A stretch of 63,483 bases of DNA, filler included, from Chiloscyllium plagiosum (lineage: Eukaryota), in the NCBI RefSeq assembly GCF_004010195.1. It is 4 parts of one record of this genome, joined end to end, with 100 filler letters (N's around TTAATTAATTAA, not from the genome) between each part and the next. Parts side by side here need not be neighbours in the genome. Positions count along the whole stretch, not along the records: positions 1 to 20,596 come from NC_057712.1; 3 more parts are not named here. The stretch is one strand, 5' to 3'. The position numbers and the translations under genes are program-made. The notes beneath the pieces were generated by a model. It worked only from the letters and a program-made list of their open reading frames with translations, ran no database searches and was not told the origin of the DNA. Of the stretch, positions 1-9,367 are shown in pieces; within the stretch, counting starts at the first letter, position 1; each line of letters opens with the position of its first letter.

Positions 1-175
1 CCATTGTACTCTATGCTACTTTCTCCCCACCCCCACCCTCCTCTAGCTTATCTCTCCACGCTCCAGGCTCACTGCCTTTATTCTTGATTAAGGGCTTTAG
101 CCCGAAACGTCGATTTCGAAGTTCCTTGGATGCTGCCTGAACTGCTGTGCTCTTCCAGCACCACTAATCCAGAAT
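1..175 (+). mobile_element. PLE terminal (pLTR) remnant, family A, cut by window start; degenerate hammerhead core
   Basis: TTGATTA-AGGGCTTTAGCCC-GAAACGTC at 84-111, then GGATGCTGCCTGAACTGCTGTGCTCTTCCAGCACC; close to the reverse complement of 63355-63483; same family follows GIY-YIG coding sequence at 58965-59495. Confidence 0.85.
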
Positions 176-348
176 GAGCCAAGTTTCAACACAGTTTAAG
201 CTCATTGAATTTGTGGACATTCTGATAGCATGGTCTTGACCTTTCCCTGCCTGCCATCAATCCAACACACATACTATTCACTTGCCTTTCTCAAATGAGT
301 TAAAGTAGCTTCCTGATAGGGGTTTTTCCACAGCAAATTCTGTTTTCA

Positions 349-465
349 GGTTTATGCCCAAAACATCGACTCTCCTGCTCATCGGATGCTGCCTGACCTG
401 CTGTGCTTTTCCAGCACCATACTTTTTGACTTTGATCTCCAGCATCTGCAGTTCTCACTTTCTCC
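349..465 (+). mobile_element. PLE family A pLTR 3' remnant with tail
   Basis: GGATGCTGCCTGACCTGCTGTGCTTTTCCAGCACC...CCAGCATCTGCAGTTCTCACTTTCTCC matches the other family A copies. Confidence 0.8.
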
Positions 466-1554
466 AATGCGCAAAGACATCAAGGATTTTGACCTGCCCT
501 TAAGCATAATTTCACATGATTTATTTGCAGATTAGCTTACCTGTTGACTGTCCAAGCAAGATAGTAATAAGCACAATATTTTCCATTGCTGGTCACTGTC
601 ATATTATGATAGTATGTTCAATTGCTCATCATGAATGATTAATTCCATGGGTCAATTTATTTAAAATAGCAAAATATATTATAAGTTACGGAGCAAGTGT
701 TTGCAACTAACTAATGTGTGTTGGTGTGTTTGTGTGCACGTATGTGTATATGTTTGTGTAAATGTGTGCAAACAGCAGACTAACTGCCAACAGAAGATGA
801 GTTCCTAAAGGTGAACTCACTTCACAGCTGCTAAGATATAGAACAGGTTCTAACCATATTCTTGAAGTCTGCTCAAAGCAAATTAGCTACTTCTGAACTC
901 CAATTATTTCACTATTAATTAAAATGTATGGCTGAATAATTTTGGTTCCTTATTGCATCAAAAGAAAAGCAATTTGGCTTAGCTTGATTTGTTTTCTGTC
1001 ACCTTTTCAGGTAGACATCAATGATAACAAATCTTGTATTTTACTTCCATAGGCTTTGCACTTCTGTCATTAAAATGAAACAAGAAACAGCAGTAATGCC
1101 AAAACAAAATGAGTTACCATATTTCCCCTAACTTATACTGTGCCCTAAAAAACAAGGACAACAGAATTTAACACGATAAGCATCAAAACTGATGGGAAAA
1201 TAAATAAGTTCATGATGCTTGCCATTTGGAAAATCAGAATCAATTCAGCAATAAGTGGTGAGAAAGGAGTTTGCAGAGAGCGGCGGGAGCTGGGTGGAAG
1301 TGAAGTCGGAGCGCAAAGCCGGTCGGGAAGGTAAGTGATTGTTATTTGAGTGGGTGTGTTTTGGACCCCAGGTCCTACAAAGTAGGGCCTCCCTCCCACC
1401 CTCCTCCTCTAACCTAAATTAAAAGTCCACAGACTTGCCCCAAAAAGAGGGTCCAAGGAAGTTCCTGTGGATTGAAGAGTGAGGCTTTAGCTCAGGAGTC
1501 TTTGACAAGGAGGTTGAGTGAAGTGATTACACCACAGTTGAAGAGGGTGAAGAC

Positions 1555-2481
1555 ATGACTGCCAAGCTGGTTCAGTGTGCTACGTGCTTGATGTTAGAGG
1601 TCAACGACTCTGGTGTGTCTGGCTCGAATAAGTGTGGAAAGTGTGTGCACGTTCAGCTACTGACAGAGCATATTGCAGCACTGATGAAAGAACTCGAGGA
1701 CCTTAGGCTCATCCGAGAGAACAAGATCTTTCTGGACAAGACCTTCAGCAAGGTTATTCCACCGACCATATCAGAAGAGAGCAGAAGAGAGCAGACGATG
1801 AGGAAGGCAGAGAGGAGACAGGTGCAAGAGACACCGAGGGAAGTACCTGTCAGGAACAAGTTGAATCTTTTGGAAACAATAGAGACAGATGACACTGCCA
1901 GTCCGTGAGGTGGTCAGGTCTGTCAATCAAAAGTTGGCGTGGAGGCAGAGCGGAAGAGTTGGACATCACACAGAGCCATGGTACTAGGGGACTCCATAGT
2001 GAGAGGAACTGACCGGGGTTTTTGTGACAGCAGGCGGGACTTAAGGATGGTGTGTTGCCTTCCTGCTGCCAAGGTTAAAGACATCACAGGCAGATTGCAG
2101 GAAATCCTCAAGGACGAAGGTGAAGAGCCAGAGGTGGTGGTACATGTTGGCACAAATGATGTCGGGAAGAAGAGGAGGAACATACTACAGCGGGACTTTG
2201 GAGAACTAGGAAGAAGGCTGAAAAACAGGAAGTCCAGGGTGGTTATCTCCAGTTTGCTTCCAGTTCCTCGGGCTGATGAGGCCAGAAACAGGGAGATAAT
2301 GGACTTGAACGTGTGGCTAGGGAACTGGTGTAGGAAGCAAGGATTTAAATTCTTGGATCATCGGGATATGTTTTGTGGTAAGCATAAATTATACAAGAGA
2401 GACGGTTTGCACCTTAATAGGTTAGGAACCAGCATTCTGGCAGGCAGGTTTGCTACTGCAACACAGCTACGTTTAAACTAA
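1555..2481 (+). pseudogene. CR1 ORF1p: CxxC..CxxC zinc finger, coiled coil, SGNH/GDSL esterase; one in-frame TGA at 1906-1908
   Basis: ORFs 1555-1908 and 1939-2481 share a frame; CATC..CGKC, VLGDSIVRG, VHVGTND, DGLHLN. Confidence 0.92.
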
Positions 2482-2506
2482 GTAGTGGGGGGAGGGGACA
2501 AACTGA

Positions 2507-3584
2507 ATGTTTAAGAAGGAAATTGAAGGGAAAGTTAGAACAAGGGAAGTCAAGAAAGACAATTGTATCATTGAAGCAGATAATTCAAAAAGGGATCATG
2601 CTGTAAGGTTGAGTGAAATAGGAGTTGATGGGAAGGGTGAGGGCAGTAACAAATTAAAAATACTATACATGAATGCACGAAGCATTAGAAATAAGATGGA
2701 TGAGCTTGAGGCTCTTTTGGAAATTGGCAGATACGATATTATGGGGATAACTGAGACATGGCTTCAAGTGGACAGGGCCTGGGAAATGAATATGCAAGGC
2801 TACACGTGCTATCGTAAGGACAGACGGACGGGCAGAAGGGGTGGGGTGGCCTTGTTGGTAAGGGATGATATTCAGTCCCTTGTGCTGGGAGACCTAGAAT
2901 CAGGGGATGTAGAGTCAATGTGAATAGTGCTGAGAAATTCTAAGGGTAAAAAGACCCTCTTGGGAGTTATCTACAGGCCCCCAAACAGTAGTCTGGATGT
3001 CAGATGTAAGTGGAAACAGGAGCTGAAATTGGCCTGTTGCAAAGATGTTACTACAGTTGTTATGGGGGATTTCAACATGCAGGTAGACTGGGAGAATCAG
3101 GATGGTATTGGACCTCAAGAAAGAGACTTTGTGGAGTGCCTCCAAGATGGATTCTTAGAACAGCTGGTGCTCGAGCCTACCAGGGAGAAGGCAATTCTGG
3201 ATCTGGTATTGTGCAACGAACCAGAATTGATCAGGGACCTCGAAGTGAAGGAGCCATTGGGAAGTAGTGACCATAATACAATAAGCTTCAATCTGCAATT
3301 TGAAAGGGAGAGGGTACAATCGGTAGTGACAATATTTCAGTTGAATAAAGGGAACAATGGGGCTATGAGGGTGGAGCTGGCCAAAGTTCAATGGTGCAAT
3401 TCCTTAGCAGGGATGACCGTGGAGGAACAATGGCGGATATTTCTGTGTATAATGCAGAAGATGCAGGATCAGTTCATTCCAAAAAGGAAGAAAGATCCTA
3501 GGAGAAGGCATGGGTGACCGTGGCTGACGAGGCAAGTTAAGAAACATATAAAGTTAAAAGAGAAAAAATATAACATAGCAAATC
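2507..3584 (+). pseudogene. CR1 ORF2p APE endonuclease domain, interrupted by stops, RT missing
   Basis: YMNARSI, GITETWL, GGVALLV, GVIYRPP, VMGDFN, LDLVL, GSSDHN in one frame with stops at 2921-2926 and 3515-3517. Confidence 0.93.
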
Positions 3585-3812
3585 TGGTGCACAGGTCCTT
3601 TTGTTTTGGTTAGAGGAGGAGGATGGGTGGGAGACATTACCCGAGTAGTGTTTCGGGTAACGCAACCACACAAACATATGTCTTCCCAGAAGTCCTTCGT
3701 TCCTCTGGCAAAATGGAAGCCCGACTCCCGAGGTAAGTCCCTTTTAATGCGGGAAAACTCACCCTTTCCGGCAGCCCTTGCTTCACCTCTCCTTCCCTCC
3801 TCGCCTCTCTAG
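3585..3812 (-). mobile_element. Probable 5' UTR of a second CR1 subfamily, inverted relative to the adjacent copy
   Basis: Minus strand has hairpin + CTCCCACCCATCCTCCTCCTCTAACC + A-rich run, as in the 5' UTR at 1370-1425; CpG-rich; no ORF attached. Confidence 0.55.
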
Positions 3813-3859
3813 CAAAAAAATTTTTAAATTGAATTCCTAACCTTACACTCGTGATGATA

Positions 3860-4235
3860 GAGAGTGTTTATGATACAGTGTCCCTACTTCTGGACCAGTA
3901 TGCCAAAGTTCTAGTCCTACCTGCTCCACGGATGTGTAATAGTATTTAGATTAGATTACTTACAGTGTGGAAACAGGCCCTTCGGCCCAACAAGTTCACA
4001 CCGACCCGCAACCCACCCAGACCCATTCTCCTACATTTACCCCTTCACCTAACACTATGGGCAATTTAGCATGGCCAATTCACCTAACCTGCACATTTTT
4101 GGGTTGTGGGAAGAAACCGGAGCACCCGGAGGAAACTCCATACAGTCACTGAGGTGGGAAGTCTCTGCCGCTGTGAGGCAGCAGTGCTAACCACTGTGCC
4201 ACCGTGCCGCCCTGAGCAGTTTAGTTGGAAAATAT
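3860..4235 (+). mobile_element. Older degraded SINE-like repeat interrupted by the HE1 copy at 3947-4212
   Basis: AGTGTCCCTACTTCTGG..GTTCTAGTCC (B-box-like)..ACCTGCTCCA appears to resume after the SINE as CTGAGCAGTTTAGTTGG; family recognised from memory only. Confidence 0.35.
3947..4212 (-). mobile_element. HE1-like tRNA-derived SINE with internal deletions
   Basis: Minus strand GGCGGCACGGTGGCACAGTGGTTAGCACTGCTGCCTCACAGC head, GGGCCTGTTTCCACACTGTAA + (TCTAA)n tail; matches 45544-45877. Confidence 0.9.
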
Positions 4236-4329
4236 TTATAATAGCCCTTGAACCAGGCATGTTTCTCCTGATATCTTAAGGAGACTGATGAAAAGCAGTG
4301 GACTCACTGGGAAGTTCCTCAGGACTCTG

Positions 4330-5000
4330 TAATCTGATCCTTTTGCCATTAATAACAACAATCGACTTGCATGATTTCAATCAGCTACCTATCCAACATA
4401 ATTGCTATCATTCAATCCCATGAGATCTAATTTTTCTTAATTTTTCTGTGCTGCAATCCATCAAGTGCTTTTGATGGCAATTAAACTGAACAATAGCAAC
4501 ATAAATAACTTCACCCACTATTCTGCTCATTTTCTTAAAGAACTCAATCATGTTAGAGAGCCAAAACTTCACTCCTAAATCCATCTGCATCAGCTCTAAT
4601 AACTGTTAAACTCTCCAGCAGATTAATCATATTTCATAATACTACCCAGAGCTATGATCCCACCCAAGGCAAACACACGAGCCTGTAAATTTCCAAGCAT
4701 CAGTGGCTCATGCATGACCTGCTCCATTTCCTTTTCCACTCTGCAGTAAATTACATCAGACCCTGCAGCAAACCATCAACTGGAGGCAAATTAATATCAG
4801 TCAAAGCTGTTTTGCATTGCTTCAAACAAAGCAATTTTACATTCAAGTCCATCCTGCAATACTGAGCAGTGGCATCATCTTCAGAAATGAAAACTGAAGT
4901 GAAGTATTTGTTTAGTTTATCAGCCAGATATTTATCTTGGCAAATAAACTTGTCTTTAAAAGACCAACATAGTCATGGATTGTTATCTAACTCAACAATA
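4330..5000 (-). mobile_element. Old degraded CR1 ORF2 (RT region) fragment
   Basis: SNMIEFFK..KIRSHGIE resembles CR1 TNLIEFFE..KIRAHGI. Confidence 0.55.
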
Positions 5001-5246
5001 TTGTTGGTCTTCCTATTAGAACTATCATTAACACCTATCCATGTCTTCTAATGCTATTATAACATTCCCTTATACTTAAATTTATCCTTGGCACTAAAAA
5101 AACAATGTTCTTTTTGGAATCAAAGTATTCCATAGCCAAGAAAGTAATGACAGTGTAAACGTGCCAAGATTCTCTTCAAATAATTCCATTTGAGCATCAC
5201 TTTCCTTTGAATCCTTCTTGTCCCAAAGATATACAAAGTGTCAGAT

Positions 5247-5811
5247 CCTGTATTGTGTGCAGTTCTGGTCTCCAAATTTGAGGAAAGACATTCTGGCTAT
5301 TGAGGGAGTACAGCGTAGGTTCACGAGGTCAATTCCTGGAATGGCGGGACTACCTTATGCTGAAAGACTGGAGCGACTGGGCTTGTACACCCTTGAGTTT
5401 AGAAGACTGAGAGGGGATCTGATTGAGACATATAAGATTATTAAAGGATTGGACACTCTGGAGGCAGGATACATGTTTCCGCTGATGAGTGAGTGCCGAA
5501 CCAGAAGACACAGCTTAAAAATACGGGGTAGACCATTTAGGACAGAGATGAGGAGAAACATCTTCACCCAAAGAGTGGTAGCTGTGTGGAATGCTCTGCC
5601 TCAGAGGGCAGTGGAGGCCCAGTCTCTGGATTCATTTAAGAAAGAGTTGGATAGAGCTCTCAAGGATCGTGGAATCAAGGGTTATGGAGATAAGGCAGGA
5701 ACAGGATACTGATTAAGGATGATCAGCCACGATCATATTGAATGGTGGTGTAGGCTCGAAGGGCAGAATGGCCTACTCCTGCACCTATTGTCTATTGTCT
5801 ATTGTCTATTG
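5247..5811 (+). mobile_element. 5'-truncated young CR1: ORF2 C-terminus, 3' UTR and (TATTGTC)n tail
   Basis: Open frame YCVQFWSP..RRLRGDLIETYKI..WNALP; GGCTCGAAGGGCAGAATGGCCT 3' motif; 7-bp tandem tail. Confidence 0.95.
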
Positions 5812-8119
5812 AGTTCTAAATCTCCATTAATTGCTGGACCATTTGTGTGACTACACTGTTAATCTTGACAAAACCAAAGAAGTTGCAATCTCTCCATGAT
5901 CCTGCCATTGAAATTAATTACACTTCATGAAATTGTTGGATGTACTCTACTAATGCAACTTAAGAATTCAGGTTTGCTTATTTATGGTAAGAATCGGGTT
6001 AGTGACATGCACTGTATGTTTAGCATGGCTGTGATGTAAACTGTGTGTTTTTTCTATATTTTGTATGTACATGTATGAATTAATGTCATATATTTTAGAG
6101 TTTAGATTTTGAAATAGTGGTATATAGATTTTAGTCTATATGTATGAAAGGTTTTAATGATCAACTTCTCCATATTTCTGGAGCCATTGTTGTTTTAAAT
6201 CAACATGAGAGAGAGACATTCTAGGGATTATATATCCTAGAATTATAATAAGAATTTGCTTGCATTGGGAGAGTTTACAAACATACAGACTAAACATTGA
6301 AAAATATTATTTTGCTTTCAGCTACAAGAATCAGGAATAAATTTTTATTGTATTTTGTAAAAAAAAAGCTTGAAAGCATTTTTGTTGTCAGGTCACTTAA
6401 TTCTTACTTGGAGTTAGATGTAAACATACAGTTATTCATGAAGAAAAGGGATAGTTCAGAACAGTTAGAAAGTGTGTTACACCAGTGGATGTTAGATTGA
6501 ACATTTCAGCACAGGATTCCTTGGTTAGAACCTTGCGGGGTTATTCGAAGCTGAAAATATCTAAGCTCCGTTGTGCGAATAATCAAGGAAGAGAGGTACA
6601 AAATCTCAAGACAGAAATTCAAGAAAACAGTTAAGTCATACCTATAATCATGGATAGAGAACAAAATTCTCTTTAGTGTTTGAGTACTGTAAACTGATAG
6701 AGTTGGGACAGTTGGAATTGTATTTTTATTTTGCAATCTTCCAAATTGTATTGGATGAAAATTGCTTGTTTTGTTCTATTTTGTTTTGTATAATGCAGCA
6801 TGGTGTGCTTCTATTTCAGTGAGAAACCACCTAATTAAATAACAGTAGAGTAAATTTCAAGTCATATTTCATATCAGACAACAGTAATAGCAGGTGGGAT
6901 CATAATGATGCCATAAAACCTAGAAGCTGAAAAGGGAACAGTAAAAGTTCCAGAAGTAGTATTAGTTTAAAAAAAATTCTTATTGGTTATGTTTGTAGTA
7001 TTGTTATGCCAGCCTTTCCTTCTTTATTCTTGTTAGTTGATAAAAGGCAATTTACCATTTTGGAGGATACAACTCTTTTTTCATCTAAGCCATAACTGTA
7101 ATGTAACTTTTTGGTTAGCTGTACATGGCTTCCAAATCCATCTTTATAAGGTGAAGAATATGGTTTTGTAATCTTGAATAGTGACTTTTTTGTCTGTCTT
7201 ACCTATTACAATACAGACACCGGATGGTGAAAGATAGAACTGAAGCCAAGCCTTGAATAATTTTACAAGTTTTTAATTATAGAGATGCATAATACCAATA
7301 TGTACATCCAAACTGAAACACTATAGTTTCAATCTGTTCTTTTTTTAACAACATATGAATCCCTAGGTAAAACCCTAAATTTTCATATAATTAAACTCAA
7401 TTAAAATATATTGAACATTAATTGGGTACAGCCATGACAGAAAAACATGTAATATTTTCCCAGATGATTACTCCTGATACCTTGTAGTATTTTACTTCCA
7501 TTTCTGTATGATGTGCTGGTTAGACGTTTGAGGTTGTTCATTACCCCCAATCCTTATTTGTCTTTGTTTTCTCTTGGACCGATCGAGTGATTAGTGGTAG
7601 TTGATATATCATCACAGAGCATCTACAAAAGATACATTTTTCTTAGATAGCAAGAGGTTTTATGGTGTGATGGCATCAATTACAATTACAATGGTCAGGC
7701 ACAATCATGGGGATCTTTGGGAATTGATGCAGGTGCATCTGGTATCTCTTAGAGTTAGAGTAGAACTCCTTGTCTTCACCCCGAGACTCTGTGTGACATT
7801 AATAGAATGGGTGCAGTCAATGAACATGCACTCCTTCAGAACCATATTGGTATTCATTCTGCTCCCCCCCAACAATATTCCACATAATTAGCCCATTAAA
7901 CAATTAATTGATATTGTGCCATTACTCCATCGCCCAAGGTCTCTGACTTCATCAAAATGCATGGTGTAGAGGTTTCATAATTCTCTCAGAATATGCTCTC
8001 TTCAGATTTGGAAAAATGGTAGATCCTTTGCTGGAGGACTGTTGACCTCAATCTGATCTGCACATCATTTCTCCACTCGAGCAGTTTTAAACTCTTGAAT
8101 GGACTTTGCAGAGTGCTCT

Positions 8120-8400
8120 TTGTAGACATTGTTGTTGATCCATTAACTTATCATGAAGATGCTTAATCTCCCAAATTTCCTTCCTGGAAGACAGCTGCCT
8201 GTTACAATTACTTTCCTACTAGAATCTTGAAACTGTGGATCAGGCAATCATTTTTTAATTGGAAAATGCAATCCCCTTTCTTGCAGAATCCCTGATGCTT
8301 AGACAGTTTGCTCTTCTTGACTACATCCTAGATCTATGGATATTGATTGGTTTCAGTCCCATGCAGCTTATTTTCCTACAGCTGTTGATTCAACTCAATG
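8120..8400 (-). mobile_element. Possible very old RTE-type LINE C-terminal remnant
   Basis: Scattered minus-strand pieces (KIS..TNQ, VVKKSKL, VIVTG) loosely resemble RTE C-terminal motifs; heavily frameshifted. Confidence 0.25.
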
Positions 8401-8719
8401 TCTTCAGTCACCCATTTTGGTTGTTTTACTACTGAAGTAAGCCTTTTCAAAGTTGGTTGTGATACTGTAAGATTGCTGCTCACTCAGCACCATTTCTGTC
8501 ACTGGCGCTGACTGTTCTATTGTCAGAAGATGATCAGTAAATGACTCCGAAATAGGCTTAATTGAGTTGTACTGTTTATTCATATTCTTAGTATTTGTTA
8601 TTTCTTCTATATTTTCTTGCATTTTAGCTTCTGATTTCTCTTTTTTCTTCCAGACTTGACAGTCCTATATAATTCACAAAGAGATATGTAATCTTCTTTC
8701 TGGATGGTTGCAACCACAC

Positions 8720-8999
8720 GGAGTTTAGATCAGAGTGGTGCTGGAAAAGCACAACAGGTCAGGCAGCATCCGAGGAGCGGGAAAATCGACGTTTCAGGCA
8801 AAAGCCCTTCATCAGGAATAGAAGCAGGGAGCCTCCAGTGTTGAGAGATTGGAGGCTCCCTGCCTCTATTCCTGATGAAAGGCTTTTGCCTGAAACATCA
8901 ATTTTCCTGCTCCTCACATGCTGCCTGACCTGCTGTGCTTTTCCAGCACCACTCTGATCTAAACTCTGGTTTCCAGCATCTGTAGTCCTCACTTTTGCT
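8720..8999. mobile_element. Fold-back PLE family A insertion with 15-bp TSD
   Basis: Inverted arms 8721-8837 and 8850-8966, tail 8967-8999; TSD TGGTTGCAACCACAC at 8705-8719 and 9000-9014. Confidence 0.92.
8784..8819 (-). ncRNA. Minimal type-I hammerhead ribozyme motif (PLE-associated)
   Basis: Minus strand ATTC-CTGATGA-A-GGGC-TTTT-GCCT-GAAACGTC-GATT. Confidence 0.6.
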
Positions 9000-9187
9000 T
9001 GGTTGCAACCACACCACTAAGTGAGGTCTGGCTGCATACCTGGTAATGCCAATAGTGTGTGAACCCTTTCCAATACATCTACCCATAGGAAAGTTGGTAA
9101 AATTAGAACTTTCGCAAAAACTAGTAAATCATTCATGCTTATGAAAGATTAAAGAAAAACATGGCGTTTTCTCGCATTTCTCACCAT

Positions 9188-9367
9188 GTTTCGAAGATTG
9201 AGAGGGGATCTGATTGAGAGTGGAATCAAGGGTTATGGAGATAAGGCAGGAACAGGATACTGATTAGGAATGATCAGCCATGATTATATTGAATGGCAGT
9301 GCAGGCTCGAAGGGCTGAATGGCCTACTCCTGCACCTATTGTCTATTGTCTATTGTCTATTGTCTAT
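9188..9367 (+). mobile_element. Short internally deleted CR1 3' end with (TATTGTC)n tail
   Basis: Near-identical to 5397-5428 joined directly to 5669-5811. Confidence 0.9.

Larger units (their letters stand above)
1250..3584 (+). mobile_element. CR1 LINE, 5' half (5' UTR, ORF1, APE part of ORF2), 3'-truncated
   Basis: Colinear ORF1 and ORF2 N-terminus with only point stops; 5' boundary approximate. Confidence 0.92.

Noticed and set aside
1555..2481. Esterase ORF as a host or horizontally acquired GDSL lipase gene
   Set aside because: Sits directly upstream of a LINE APE domain and recurs in three other CR1 copies; it is the known CR1 ORF1 esterase
5786..5811. Short tandem arrays (TATTGTC)n, (ATAGAAC)n, (TCTAA)n
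   Set aside because: Ordinary CR1 and SINE 3' tails, not CRISPR or telomeric arrays
6030..6908. Possible solo LTR (TGT start, GGGATCATAA end)
   Set aside because: No TG..CA pair with TSD, PBS, PPT or second copy to support it
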